Shown piece after piece: positions 1-14,200 of a DNA stretch of 64,000 bases. Source of the DNA: a virus (Duplodnaviria; Heunggongvirae; Uroviricota; Caudoviricetes; Crassvirales). The notes below the pieces were generated by a model. The model was not told where the DNA came from and ran no database searches. It saw nothing but the letters and a program-made list of their open reading frames with translations. The stretch is taken from IMG/VR virus record IMGVR_UViG_3300012956_000013. One strand, given 5' to 3'. Every line of letters begins with the position of its first letter. Position 1 is the stretch's first letter. Both the position numbers and the translations under genes were made by a program.

Positions 1-771
1 AGCAGATTGTTGCTCTGGGTCGCTAAATAAAACACCCCCTTGTAAATTAGCTTGTAAGTTTAAAAACTTATAAAGTTTTTTTCCTAAACCTTTATCCCTA
101 AATTTTTCATCAAGTTTAACCCCTTTTATAATTTTGTTTTTACCTTCAAATAATGCTACAACTCCTATTTTTTCATCATTATAAATTACATCGTAAGTAT
201 TAGCATCTTCTGGATGTTTTTCATTATTAGGTATGAGTTTAAAATTCTTTATTTCGACTCCTAAAGCTTCATATACAGCATTAGCTAATTCAGGATTAGA
301 TTCAAATAGTTCTAGCACTCCTGATTTCATATTAGAAATTGGACTTAGTTGTGAAGGTTTAGGAAACATCTCTATTGCCTTGTCAATTACAGACTGTGGT
401 ATTCCTGCTTCTATTAAGCTTTGTAATTGTCCTCCGTTTGGGTGCTCTGTTACATTTCCATCAGAATCAATCATTATCCCCTGTGCCTGTTGAGCTATTT
501 CCTGTAAAGTTTTAGCTGGTTCCAACTGAGCCTGTTCTGCGTATATGCCAGTCAAGTTTGCTTCTCCTAATATCTTAGCTGCTCTTAAATCCTGTTTGCT
601 TAGCATTTCGTTAACTGCTTCTATACCTAATTCGTCTAAAGAGGGAAACATATCTACTCCATTTTCATCCATCCAAATAGAAATTTTAGCCTTCAGTATA
701 TCTTCGTGAAGACCTGATTGCTGCAGTAAATCTATATAATCCGGATGATTTATATTAATACACTTAGCCAT
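1..771 (-). CDS. Hypothetical protein, C-terminally truncated by window edge (start codon at 769-771). Distal part has a GNAT-like motif (FRDKGLGKKLYKFL).
   Basis: Manual reverse translation gives MAKCININHPDYIDLLQQSGLHEDILKAK... with no stop down to position 1. The ATG overlaps the stop of the upstream gene (TAATG). The Q/RxxGxG/A-like motif resembles GNAT motif A. Confidence 0.4.
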   Translation of the reverse strand, partial: MAKCININHPDYIDLLQQSGLHEDILKAKISIWMDENGVDMFPSLDELGIEAVNEMLSKQDLRAAKILGEANLTGIYAEQAQLEPAKTLQEIAQQAQGIMIDSDGNVTEHPNGGQLQSLIEAGIPQSVIDKAIEMFPKPSQLSPISNMKSGVLELFESNPELANAVYEALGVEIKNFKLIPNNEKHPEDANTYDVIYNDEKIGVVALFEGKNKIIKGVKLDEKFRDKGLGKKLYKFLNLQANLQGGVLFSDPEQQSA

Positions 772-2168
772 TAACAGTTATTTTGCTGGTCGATAATAGT
801 TTGTTGTTCTTTCTTAGAAAGTTTCTCGAATTGTTCTCTGGATAAGGTACCTTTATATTTAGAGTATAATCCTTTTTCTTCTGAGATTTCAGATTTATCA
901 ACCACCTTGAACTCAATAGCTGCAGCACCATCTTTAAATCTATCTATAACTTTTATATCTTTAGCTCTCCATCCTTCCTTTTCCCATGTGCTTTTCCATC
1001 CCTCAGAACCTTTAGGATGTATGGCAGTTACTATAGAATAAATTGTCTTAATAGTTCCGTCTGCAGATTTACCAACATGTTTGATAACATCACCAACTTT
1101 TATATTATATTTCTCCATTTCTGAGGAACTTCTAGTAGTTCTTGTCCTGAGTCCCAATTCAATCATATCAATTGAGTGTGCATCTTTACCTAAAGCCTTA
1201 ATTACCTCAGCGTTAGCTACAACTAACGAACCATAACTCTCTACACCAGATACTTTATTTTGTGGTATAACTGGTACTGCTTTTTGTATAGGAACTGCTT
1301 TATATGTACCAGATAATACTTCATCTAGCTTTTCTCTCCAATCAGGATTTGCTAAATTTATTACTGGAATACCTTTTCTGGAAGCCATATCAATAGCCTG
1401 TCCAGTTCCACCACTTTCAATACTTCTCATACTATAGTCTTCTAAGCCATCTTTTGTCCAAGCTACTACAAAATCTACAGGAGTCTTTAAATCACCTCCA
1501 AATACCTGATTTGTGTTTCTTGCCATTAACTTCCATGTGTATTCTGAATATTCGGAATTATCCAAAGCTGATGGATTTGGATGTACCTCTCTTGCTATTT
1601 TCATAGTCGTGGGTGCTGCATCTTTTGGAGCAAATATATTCTTTTTCTTTACGTTATCTCGGAACGCTTTATCTGCACCTAAAGCATCTCCAGTATTAAG
1701 AGTATATCCCAATTCCTCTAACTCTTTTGCAAGAGAAGCCATTTCTCCTAAAACTTCCTTTGGAGTTTTTCTACTTCCTATTCCAGCATAAGTCATTGTC
1801 TTTTTCTCTGACCTATATGGAAGTTTGCTAAATTCTGGCATTCCTTGGAATTGTCCTTTCTCAAACTTTGGTTTAGGTGGAACCACAGGTTTTGGTACAA
1901 ACTTGTCTGAAAAGAAGTCTATATATTTCTGAACAAGAGATGAAGAAGGATTAGCAATCCTTAATATATTCCCTTTATAGGGAACAACTAAATCTTCTTT
2001 AAAGGATTTGTTTATCTCATCTACAACTGATTGATAATCAGATTCTTCTATAGCATATGCTATATCCTCATCCACTCTGAATAATCTAGAGTCCACTAGT
2101 TTTTTCCTAACAGAATTCTTTACACCTTTAGAAACTGAATTATAATCTATTATACATGATGCATTCAT
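771..2168 (-). CDS. DprA-like / SLOG-type Rossmann-fold protein with an extra C-terminal domain
   Basis: GIGSRKTP, TGDALGADKAF and SGGTGQAIDMASRKGIPVINL match the DprA Rossmann signature (GSRxxS/T, SGxAxGxDxxAH, SGalxTA...vP). 465-aa ORF in the track. Confidence 0.55.
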   Translation of the reverse strand: MNASCIIDYNSVSKGVKNSVRKKLVDSRLFRVDEDIAYAIEESDYQSVVDEINKSFKEDLVVPYKGNILRIANPSSSLVQKYIDFFSDKFVPKPVVPPKPKFEKGQFQGMPEFSKLPYRSEKKTMTYAGIGSRKTPKEVLGEMASLAKELEELGYTLNTGDALGADKAFRDNVKKKNIFAPKDAAPTTMKIAREVHPNPSALDNSEYSEYTWKLMARNTNQVFGGDLKTPVDFVVAWTKDGLEDYSMRSIESGGTGQAIDMASRKGIPVINLANPDWREKLDEVLSGTYKAVPIQKAVPVIPQNKVSGVESYGSLVVANAEVIKALGKDAHSIDMIELGLRTRTTRSSSEMEKYNIKVGDVIKHVGKSADGTIKTIYSIVTAIHPKGSEGWKSTWEKEGWRAKDIKVIDRFKDGAAAIEFKVVDKSEISEEKGLYSKYKGTLSREQFEKLSKKEQQTIIDQQNNC

Positions 2169-2217
2169 AATACAAATATATGATATTTAATTGATTACCA
2201 AAAATTAATCTACCTAA

Positions 2218-5200
2218 TTAACATTCCGGAGTTATAGGAGGTAGGTCTGGGGGAGCTATTGTTAAAGGTTCAATTTTGAATACATTTAAACTAATTTCTC
2301 CTTTTATCCAGCTATTCATCATTTTTGATTTTGACATCTGCTCTGCTGTCAATCCTTCTGTCTTTAACATTTCTTTTAATCCACCTGCTTGTGCAATAGT
2401 CATCATTCCTCTATTTGTAATCATATATACATTACCTCCTATGATTCTTAATTCTGTGGTACCTACTGAAATTTTGATATGTCTTCCTACGGTCTCCCCA
2501 GTAACTAATGATGTTTTTTCTCCAGTTGCTATTTTAATAGCTAAATCAGCACTTAATTCAAGCTTCTTAATTTTGTTGAAATCCATTTCTACAGACTGCT
2601 CAGGAATCGACTCTATTTCAGCACCTCTCCTATCTATAGGAGGAGTTACATCTTTATACCCTACATTCTTCATCCCCAGTGATATTTCATATATCTTTGC
2701 ATCTGGAGTTTCTGTGATAGGAATATGTATGTTTAGTGCTGACTTATATGAAACAACATCTCCTGTTGAGGTTTTATGCAACTGAAGAACCTCATTTACT
2801 AATCTAGAACCAGATATATTAATTGGTTTATATAGATACGATACATTTACCTTTCCTTTGTTTGCTCCTGATTTCGTAGTTTTCTTTTTATAGATAGCCG
2901 GAACATTTCCTTCTGCACCAACTAACTTATATACCTGTGTATATTTCCAACTTCTATAATCCTTTTTCTTTTTACGATTTGCAACTTCTTTAGTCAATTT
3001 GTAATATACAGTACCATCATCCTCATATCCTCTTTCGATAAATCTTATAATCTTACCTTCAGAATCTATAGTAAAAGGTTTTACCATTGTTATTCCAATA
3101 TACTTAGCTGGCTCTGGAACATTTCCTTCCTCATCCTCTCGTCCCATAAATGCAAATATTGGACGATTATAGAATTCTTTTTCTCCCTTCTCAAGTTCCT
3201 TATCTGAAAGCTTTCTTATATAAAGTCTCTTATCTATTGGGATGTGAGATATACTCTTATTATTTTGATAAGGCGAACTTAATACTTTACCATCAGATGA
3301 TAGAAATTCCAGACCAAATTTAGGAACATAATCCTTTACAAAGCCTTCTTTATGAGCGTTTTGTCTAATGATAGACTCTTCAAACGTAGTAAAATCATGC
3401 TCTGATAACTTTGCTAATGCTGGCATCGTTACTTCAAAATACTTCTCAACAGGAATCAGAGGTGTAAAATTCAATCTCTGCATCTTTACACCAAACTGAA
3501 TTATAGACGAATAAACAAGTGTTTCTGCAAATTTTCTAACCTGTTCATTCTCATGAGCTAGAAGTGCTCTCCAAGAAGATGTAAATAATTGTTTAGTTAA
3601 GATAGCATCTGATGTAATTTTACTTTTAACAGATAAAATATTTATACCCAATTCCATATCATCAATAATTTCTAAGTTTTTGATAATAAAATTATTAGAA
3701 CCTTTGAGTATTTCTTTTATATTTTCAAATTGTACAGAGATATTATCTGGTCCATCTTCTTTATGAAACTTTTCCAGATATCTTGTAGGGGTGTATCCTA
3801 GTCTATCTGTTATATATTTATTTAACATAACATCTACTATACCAGCCTGATATTCTTTCATCTGCTGTAGAAATTCATCTTGGGAAATAAATTTATTATC
3901 CTTATAAATTCTTCTGGCAATATCTGTTAATGTAAGCCTTGGATTTTCCTGTTGTAAAGCAAATAAATTAATATCAGAAAATATCTCATTAAATGTTAAA
4001 AATAAATCAATAGTTTTCTCTATAAAAGTATCCTCTCTAAATGCAGTAATTCCATCTTTCACTTGCCCATCTTTTACAGAGACTATACTATTTCCCTGAA
4101 GAAGTTCCTCATATACTAAATCTTTATGCACAAGAGACCATATTGAACGTATTTTTGCAGTGTCATGACTTGATGCTCTATAATTCTTTGACAAATCATC
4201 ACTAAACATCTTAGCTTTTAAGAAGTTAATTAATGCAATATATTGCATTTCCTTATCCTCTTCTGTCCATTCAGACTCTCCTTTCTTAACACTCTCTCCT
4301 TTTGTAATTAAATCTGCTAACTGAGATTCAGAAAACTTGATATTCTTATCTTTAAGATTTTTAGGTTTGTACTTATCTACTAAAGCATCCCTTATTTGAG
4401 TGATAGATGAATAGTTACTGGTTGCAAACTCCTGATTTCTAAAGAATATAAGCTCTTTTAAATACTCTCTAATAGCAGGTTGATACATAAATAATGCAAG
4501 CTTCCTCTGAGAAACTCCTGCTCTTGTTAAAAGAATATAAGTCGAGGCTAACTCTGTATGCATTCCCATTTCTACAATTTCTGGCTCTTTTGCAACGTCA
4601 ACAGCACCCGTAATATATCCAGATATTAAATCCATTATATATTCTTCATCTATATTCTTTTCATTTCCAAGTGGTATAAATTTACTACCATTTACATCTA
4701 ACGCTTCCACTTCTTCAAAAGGAAGATTTATATCATTATTATTCATTTCCATTATCTCGATATAGTCTGACCTGTTTGTAACAGTTTCTCCTATCCCTAT
4801 CCCAGCAACCTGAGAGTTGGCATAATTTGTCATACCTATTGCAAAAATACCTATATCATACTTTCCTCTGGCAAAGGCTTGTCTTTTTTTAACAATATAG
4901 CCAACATCTAAAAAGTTATCAAATGTTTCAATTTCTTTATCTCTACCTAATGCCTGAAATACAGCATTCTTTCCAGACTTAATATTATTCATATTATTAG
5001 GAGAAAGTAACTGCTCGAACATACTTCCTATAGAAAGAATACTTCTTGATATCTGGAAGTACTTATTTTGTAAAGATTTCTGACTGTTTTGAATAGAAAT
5101 AGGCAGTCTTGCAAATTCATCGTATTGTACAATATTTGACATTTTTGCAACTTCCTCTATTATACTGAAGTCGTAATCAAATATTTCCTGCTCTATTTCA

Positions 5201-8200
5201 TCTAATACTGCTGAATTTTCAATAGCATCCTTCTTCCTTGTTCTATAATATTGAGCTACAGTTATATTATTTTCTTTTAGTTGACTTTTTGCTCTCTCAA
5301 TATATTGGTCTCCTATATCTTTTTGCCAGTTTAAAAGCTTTAATTCTTCATCATATATTTTAATTATCTGTTTAAGAATGAACTTCTCCATTCCATCGCT
5401 AACTTCAGATAAAAGAAGTTCTGCCAACTTTTTATATTCAAAAATCTCTATAGGTCCATTTTTATTACCTGCATCAAGAGTATCTCTCAAATCAAAAAAT
5501 ATATCAATTTTAGATTGAGGAAGTTTCCAGAAGAAGTTCTTACCTTTTTGAAAGAGGTCTTTCATATCATCATCAACTGAATAATTCTCTTTAAGTGATG
5601 TCTTGATTTCTTTTAGCATATTTGCATATATTTGCCTATTGCTCTCAAAGTCCTTTTCACTTTGTTTGTTGATATCCTCAATTATTGAATTTCTAACAGT
5701 CTTTAACCTATCTTTTAGTTCATCTTTATTATTGGAATACCTTGACAATGTAAGAAGATAATTTAAATCATCTCTGTTTGCATTTTCTCTAACAAACTGC
5801 TCAAATCTCTTTTTGGTAGCAGTCTCTGAGGAATCTTCATCATATTCTATATACTCAGGATATCCTTTTGAGTTAACTTTCCAGTTATTTAGATATACGT
5901 TTAGCTTATCTACGTCAAAGTCAGAACCTGCCTTAGTTGTTATATCTGATGGTACAACAATAGCCTTTCCAAAAGATTCAGGAAGAAATCCTTTTATCAC
6001 AAAAAATTCTAGTGAGGATTTAGCCTGAGTTGGAATACGAAATCCCATTCCCTCAAGTAATCTTGGATTCTGATTTAGATATTTCATTAGTTCCTCATCA
6101 GAGAGAGGTTTCATTCCCTTCATCATTCTCTTATCATTCACCTTTTTCTTGAAGAAATTAGGAAGGTACACCTCCATTGCAGTTACTGTTTTGCCGTCTG
6201 CAGTTAGATTATAAAACTTTAATTCTGAAGAAGTTAGAACAAGTTTTCTACCATCTGCTATAGCCTTATTATATTCCTCTTCATTATCTACAATTATCCA
6301 CTTTCCATCTTCATCTTTATATGCAGCTTTTCTATCCTCTTTATTGAAGAACGCAGACGATACCTGTATAAAGGCTCCTCCATTAATTTTCATATGATTT
6401 ATAGACTTATCAGCAGCTGACCATATTATATTAGAAACTACTTCATATGAGGGGAGTGTTTCTGAAGGATTCTTAAAATACTCTAAATCTTTGGATAATT
6501 GCATACCATCTATGGTATTAGTATCAATCTCCAACCTTGTCATCTCATCGAGTATGAAGTCTTTAAGCTTATTAATATCTCTTGGATAGTATGTTATTTT
6601 TCCGTTTTCATCTACCCGTAAGGAAACACCTAATTGGGATAATTTATCTATTACAGTTTTTTCTTTTAAATCTTCCAGACTTTTTATATATTCTTTAACT
6701 TTTTTATAATCCTCTTGTTGATTCCTCTCTTCAGGAGAAAGTGAGCTCCATAAATCAAATAGTTCCTGCTCATTTAATACTTTATTTTCTTCTCTAAAGT
6801 CCTTAGGTACACCACTTGGCATAAGATTAATAAGAATATCTTTTGCCATCTGACTACCAAATGTTACATTTTTAGAATCAGATTGAGTTTCTGTTTGAAT
6901 ACCTGCCGTTCTCAGTGATATTTCGTAACTTTTTGTGACTGCCTTAACATCTGTAGTACGGAAAGGATTAACATTTTCTCCATCCTTTTGATAGTATGAA
7001 GGAATGTTTCCCTGAGAATCAATACGTAAGCCTACTTTTTGTGTACTAGCAAAGTTCAAAATGTCATATTTATCCCCAGTTAGCATGTCTAAATATAAAT
7101 CCAGCATTTTTGAGTCTCTTGCTAGTTGGTATGATATAGGATAAATAGAGTGCTTTATGATAGATATAGTACCATCATTAAGAACAGATGGCATAGATGT
7201 TTTTATAGGAGAAATACCACTTGAAGGAGGATTATCTTTATACTTATCTAATATCTTTTTATCTAAGCTTTCAAGAGCAGTATTTCCTCTATAATCATAT
7301 CTACTTCCGTTTTCTGGTTTAGATAATTCTTGTCTAGCCAATGCCATATCATATTGGAAAAACTCCTCGTTTTCTTTAGTCCATCTCCATCCAGATTTTA
7401 ACATAAGATGACGTACTGCTAAAATAGTACCCACAGATTGACCATCCGTTTCATTTGTTTCTTCAAATTTATTAGCAAATTTCTCAGCAAGTCCACCAAT
7501 GGAATTAAGAAGATTTACTAATTCTGGATTTACTGTAATAAAGTCATCAATTGTACGAGCAGTTAATGAGTTCTTGAATTTGGTATAGAACATATCATCG
7601 CTATCTAGCTTAATAGGCGTTCTTCCAGATGCATCCTCATACTCTACATTGTTTTTATTTTTATTTAACCATGAATTTATATCTCCCTCATATATCTCAT
7701 TTCCATCTTTATCATACACTGCTGTATCATCATAGAATGTCTGCTCAATATGGGAGAAGAGACCCTTTGCTCTTTTTGTCCAATCCTTATATTGTGCAAC
7801 ATCTCCGAACAGTAGTTTAAACTGTTCAATCATCCCTATTTGGAAGTTTATAGTTTGGTACTTTACTAAACTCATAGCTTGAGACTTAGTAAATGATGTT
7901 CCAAAACGTTCAGCAATCTTATTTGGAAAGCTTATGGAATATGAAATATTTTCATCTTTATCTTTTTCTTCTATAAGAATTCTATTATTTACAAGATTTT
8001 CAAAAGATTTTTCTGTTAGTTTTGTAATGTAATTGTCAATGTCCTGAATTATCACTTTTTCGTTATCTATAATAATCTTTTCAGCATCTATGTCATCATC
8101 TATAGCCTTATTTATTTTATTTATTGTAGATTTTGATAATATGTTTCTAAAGAACCTAAGAGACTTACCTCTTTCTCTTCCATCGTCTTTTATATTAAGA

Positions 8201-11200
8201 TTTGCTAAGTCTTTATATTTCTCAAAAGATAAAGCTGTAAGTATTTCACTTTTTAATTTTGGAATGTATATTGTTTTTATATACTCATTACCCCTAACTA
8301 TATCATCTGTTGATACAAATTCTCCAAAATTAAATATCCATTCTGTCTCACTATCTGCAGGTAGAGAAACATATTTTCCCTCAAGAGATAGAAGAAATGA
8401 TATTGCAAGTCTTTGGTGCTCTTCTAATCTTGAAGCCTTTATAAATTTTCCATTCTGATTTCTTATTCCCTCGAAATAACCCATTGATATAGAAGACTTC
8501 TCATCTTGTTGGAACATTCTATCTACTACAACAGAGTCCTCAGCAAACGGATGATTAAGATGTGGAAACTGAGACTTTAATTCTTCCTTAGACGTAGAGT
8601 TATTCATTTCTGAAAATATTCTAGAAACAAAAGAAGGAGGAATGTAATCCTGAACCATCTGGTCCTCACCATTTAAGTGGGACATTTGTTTATCAGTCTG
8701 AGGATTTAAGTCGTCTAGTGTTAAAATTAAATCGTTTACATACCCATAAATGTTTGCATTTCTGATGGATACATCTCCTGTAAACATGTTATTTTCAATA
8801 GCAGCTCTTATAGAAAATAGATTCTTAACAAGCCTATCGTGTCCTGATGGATTATTTTGATTTAACTCCTTTAAAAATTCAGGTGTGACTGCCTTTTCTG
8901 ATAGTCCAAGAAAATCAAGAAGTCTTTGCATCTTTGAAACCTTTCCCGGAGTGCTATTAATAAAGTCCTCATTTGTTATTCTATCTTCTTGTTTTGGAGA
9001 AATTTTTATATTAAATATAATACCACCATTTCCTTTCTTTGTTGTAACTTTTCCATAGTTAGATAACTCAGCTTTTAATGCAGAGGCAGTTGAATTATTT
9101 GGATATAAAAAGTCTATCTCATTACCTTCATGTTCGAAGTTTTCAAAATCAAATTTATAATTTTTTAACTTGTCAATTATAGCTCTTATATGACCGAATC
9201 TTGATATGTAATATGTATCTTTTCCTAATTTTTTTCTAATGAACATAGTTTGATTATTCTTACGAATAGAACTATTTATTCTGTTTAGGAATGATTCAAT
9301 TTGACCTCTTTTTGTAGAGATTATTAATTCCGGAGCACCTTGGAAGATGGTATACATCCAAGGGGTGGGATTCTGCTTACTCACATAATTTAGAAACTTA
9401 ATCCTTAGATTAAGCTGGGTTTCCTCAGACATATTAGCATCTTCTTGGAATAATCTTAAATATATAAGAGCAAATGCAGCATTTTCTTCATTTAAATGAT
9501 TTAGTATAGCTGGAATTTGTTCTGGGGCAACCGACTCTAAATCTTTTATTCCAGATACTTCTTTTAACTTATTTTTAATAAGACTCATCTTGTTAAGACC
9601 TGCCAACTTATCAACAACAAGTGTCATCATCCTATCATAATTCATTAACTCATATAGAAATACATCATTATATGCTGGTTTCCATCCCTTTTCAACAATT
9701 TTGGTAGAATCAAATCTTATACTGCTTAGCCTTGCTTTAATAAGTGTAGCAACAAGTAATCTTGTAGATGAAGATGCCGTATTTTTCCAATTTATCTTAA
9801 GTGCATTTCCAGTATAGTCATTCTTATTTTTATTCTCTCTTTCTTCTTCAGATAATATATCATTTTCGTCTTCTATATTAAATTCCTTATCAAACTTTAC
9901 TCCAAATTTACGTAGGTAGATTTTATGATTAGTAACGAAGTTTGACCAATCTTCTTTTATTTTTCCCCACTCCTCTATACTTTTTTTGAATAAATTATGT
10001 CTAACTTTATTGTTCTCACTAAGGGTTTTATCTGTTGTATTTGTTGGATATAACTGCTCTAATTTGGAAAGCCTTGCGTTGTAGAATGCATCTATTCTTA
10101 TTTTTACTCTCTCATATATAACCATGTCCATCTCTCCTGTCTCGTCAATCTTAATAAGAGTTTCTCCTCCACCAGACTGAAATAAATCTTGAAACATGAA
10201 TCCAGTAAATCCATTGATAAAATCAAAATATCTGGACTCTTCTATAGGAAACTTGATTCTATAATTAGAAGCAAATCTACTTCTGATTCTTATTCTTTTA
10301 TTTTTAAACTTACCAGCATCGATTTTACTAAATATATCGTCAATAGTTGGTCTGTTTAGAATATACTTATTAATGAAATCCATTATCATCTGCAAGAAAG
10401 TACGAGAGTTCTTTTCTACAGTAGGAAGTTTTCCAGTCAACTTAAATTCCCTAAATTCCTCAGCTAACTGCTCCTTTATCTGCTGTGCAGTTGCGTTATT
10501 GTACTTTAATGTAGTACCTGTTTCTCTATCCACAAATATTCCTTTTCTTCTCTTAAACTCAGATTCAATAGCTCTCCATTCATAGTCCTTAAGAAGACGG
10601 TTGGCAACAGCTTCAAATACTTCATGGTAAAGTGTTCCTTCTTCCGCACCTTCCCAAATCTTAATCATATTTCCGGTAAACTGACCAAATGCCTCTCTTC
10701 CATCCATTGTCTGAATAGCTTGCTTTAACCTTTGAACTGGAAATTGTGGAATTATTTGAGTAACATAATTTATTACAGAGTCTAAATCTTCTTCAGTTTT
10801 AAAAATTCCTCCTTTGCTTATTCTGAATAATTCTTCTTCAAACTCATCACCTTCTTCATAATTATAATTTTGTTGAGAAGAGGGTCCTACTTCTTTTCCA
10901 TCATCATCATCAGTTTCCTCATTAAATTGCTCCTCCTCCATATCAGCATCATCTTGCTCTTTTGAAGTAGATATAGGTGGATTAGATTTTTTATCTTCTT
11001 TCTTTTTCTTTCTATTCTCTTTCTCTGCAATTTCCTCTTCTACATTTTCATCTTCTTCTTCTTCTATAACAAATTTAAATCCTGCCAGTGGGCCTTTTCC
11101 GGTTATCTCTCTCTTCCCTCCTTTTCGTTTTTTTGTATCTGATTTTTTATCATCCTTTTTACTATCATCTTCATTACTAGGACTATAAAATTCTAGGTCT

Positions 11201-14200
11201 CCAGATAATATATTTTTATTTCCAGCAACAGAAACACCACCCTTGGCTGGTACTGTAGTAGATTGTTTAACTGGTTTTGATACACCTTGAACAGTTTTTA
11301 CTCTAAGAATTACAGATTGAGATTTATACGGAACGGAAGGATATGGACCTTTCTCTACAGAAAGTTGTTCCTTTGTTTTAATAGATGTAGTTATAGGAAT
11401 ATAATCTCTATTTTTTCCATCTGGAAACTTTGCAGATAGAAGATATTGATTGTAGAATTTCCATTTTCTTGATTTCAATTCATTTCCATCAATATAAAAT
11501 TCTGTAAATTGTTGAGCTGGGCTTCTGGTATCTTTTATATATTTTACATTATGATATGTATCCTTTAGAAAATTTCTTAATTCTTCAGAGTTAAGAAAAT
11601 CTTCTGGTTTTGTAATATCAAGGTACTCGTCTCCGAAATAAATTCTTGAGCCAGAAATATATACCATTCCCGGAGATATTTCTTCTCCTGCTCTTGCTAT
11701 ACCAAAATGAATAACAGAGTTTAAATACTCCATATATTCTCTTGGTAATATTTTTCTGTTTTTGTCTTTTGATTCCTGATTATATTTTTTAAGCAATTTA
11801 AATTTCTCAGTTTGAGTCAAATCATCAAACTTCCTACCTTTTAATGAGCCAGACATTGCTTCCTCAAACCACGACATATATGTCTTAGACACCTCATGTA
11901 ATATACGCATTATAGTATCTACTGTATTACCGTCTAGTTTATTATTATTAGCGTAATGCAATTTTTCTATAGGGCCTTTTGTTTTGATAAAAGGTCTACC
12001 TGCAGGTAATGTTATTTGTTCACTATTTATCGTATGTGGTTGATTAGTAGCTACTACTATAGACCAAGGTCCTATCTCATCCTCAGTCATGATAGATGAG
12101 GTTACAGGGTTTTGTAATACCTTATTATCCTGAGAATATGCTTTATTTTCTATTCCTTTAGTTACATTAAATGTATATAAAGTATCAGGTTTGTTTACAT
12201 CAAAGTTTTTTGCTTTCTTAAATATATCATTCCTTAAATCTGCAGCAGCCTTCAATGCTTTTTTTCTATCATCATTCCATTTCTTTTCATCAAACTCACC
12301 ATCTTTATTAAGGTAGGTTCTCATCTTCTGATAGTTACCTATTTCCCAATCTTTGAATTCTCCAGCTCTTAAAATAGTATATACAATCTTTGACTTATCT
12401 TGTTCGGTATCAGATACTTCTCCTATTTTATTTAAGTCTTTATCAATATAGTATTTCTTACCTCCGTCTTCTAATATATGAACAAGAGCTATTGTTGCTA
12501 AAAGAGGGTCAGAATCCTCATAGTATGAAGTTTGGTCAGTGGTTGTTCCATCTGCTTCTTTCTTATTATAAAGAACAGATTTCAGACCTAATCCATCTAC
12601 ATTATCTTTTGTTACAGCCATTACATATAGCTTTCCCTTTCCTAACTTTTTCTTTGCTTCTTCTGCACGTAGATTGTTTGTAAGTAAATCTAACATCTCA
12701 AAATGAGCATATTCAGATGGAGAGAATGCACCTTCCTCTTTTACATTTGTAAATGTAGATGTAAAGAACTTTGTGGTAAGAGGTCTTACATATATATCAT
12801 CAAATTCTTCATCATCTTCTTTAGGAGGATTTGAACCAATTGTAGGAGGATTAGGAACGAGAGGAGCCAATGTCTGATTGACAGCTATTTCCTCTTGAGA
12901 AAATGATTTTTTAACTACTTTCTTTTTTACTAAGTCTGCATACTTCTTTTGAATATCATTTAGTGTATTCTTAGCAATATCTTGAGCAAGTCTATCTAAT
13001 CTCTTTACTTTTTCCGAAACAAGTGCATATTCTTTTTCAAGTTCAGAGAGTTTTTCCTCCAATTCCTTCTTTTCCTCTCTCTTGAGTGTTATTTCATTAT
13101 ATGATGAAAGAGTATCTGTTCCTTCATATGCTTTCACATTTCCTTCTGCGTAGTAGTTCTCAGAAGGTTCAAACATCTTCTTTAATCTAGACATAGAGAA
13201 TCCGGGAATAAGCTTTTTAGCTATTCTTATTAAAGATTTAATAAGCTTAGCTATTCTTCCTATTGCTCCCTTTACATCCTCTATTTCTATCTCAAGCCAA
13301 GTTTTGTGCTCCTTTAAATCATTAAGAGCAGCTCTCATAGAAGGAATATCTCCTTCTTTTAACATATCTTCTAATTTTGAGATATCTGCAGAATACTCGT
13401 TGGCTTGTTGTTCTAGTGGGTCTATTTCATCCTGTATCTCGTATATAGAGTTTTGTATCTTGTATATTAGCCTCTGGAATTTCTTAGTGTTTAGTTTTCC
13501 ATTCTTATATACGGCACCATCTATAAGGGAGGTATCTGCCTTATCAGACAATTCAGCTATTTGCTTTCTTTTTTCTGCTATCTTCTTATATATACCGTCC
13601 CTTAGCTTTTCAACAGCTTTTATTTTATCTTGTATTACTTTTTCTCTATTTTCTTCAAGAGATTTTTCATATTCTGGTAGCAGTTCTAAGATTAAATCAG
13701 CATATTCTTGTTCCAAAGCTAAATCTTCTGCTGCAGCAAGTTTTTCTCCAGATACTATTCTTGCAACTAGCTTAATTATCTTAGCAAAGTCTCCTTCACT
13801 CTTTTCCTTATACTTAAAGAACGGTGATTTTTCTACTGCTTTTGATGCTGCAGAAACAATATTCTCAGCTTCTTGTTGCTTTTTTGTTAAAAACAACTTA
13901 CTTAGCCAATCGAACCATTTCTCCTTATCACTTAACTTAGAGGCAATAAAACTATCATGTTCAATACTATTTGTATATGAACTAATCTGACTAAGTAATA
14001 AAGCCTCTTCTCTAGTCATTTCAATTGGATTTCCATCATTCTTTATTGCTACGTAAAATCCATCCTTATTCAACTGAGTTTGAGATAAATCGTTATTCTT
14101 CTTAAAATCTTCTATTTGAGAGTTTAGTTCCTTATCTCTATCTAAATGAAGTTGCTGTTGTCCCTCAGGTCTATCTTTAAATTCAGGAGCATCTATAACT

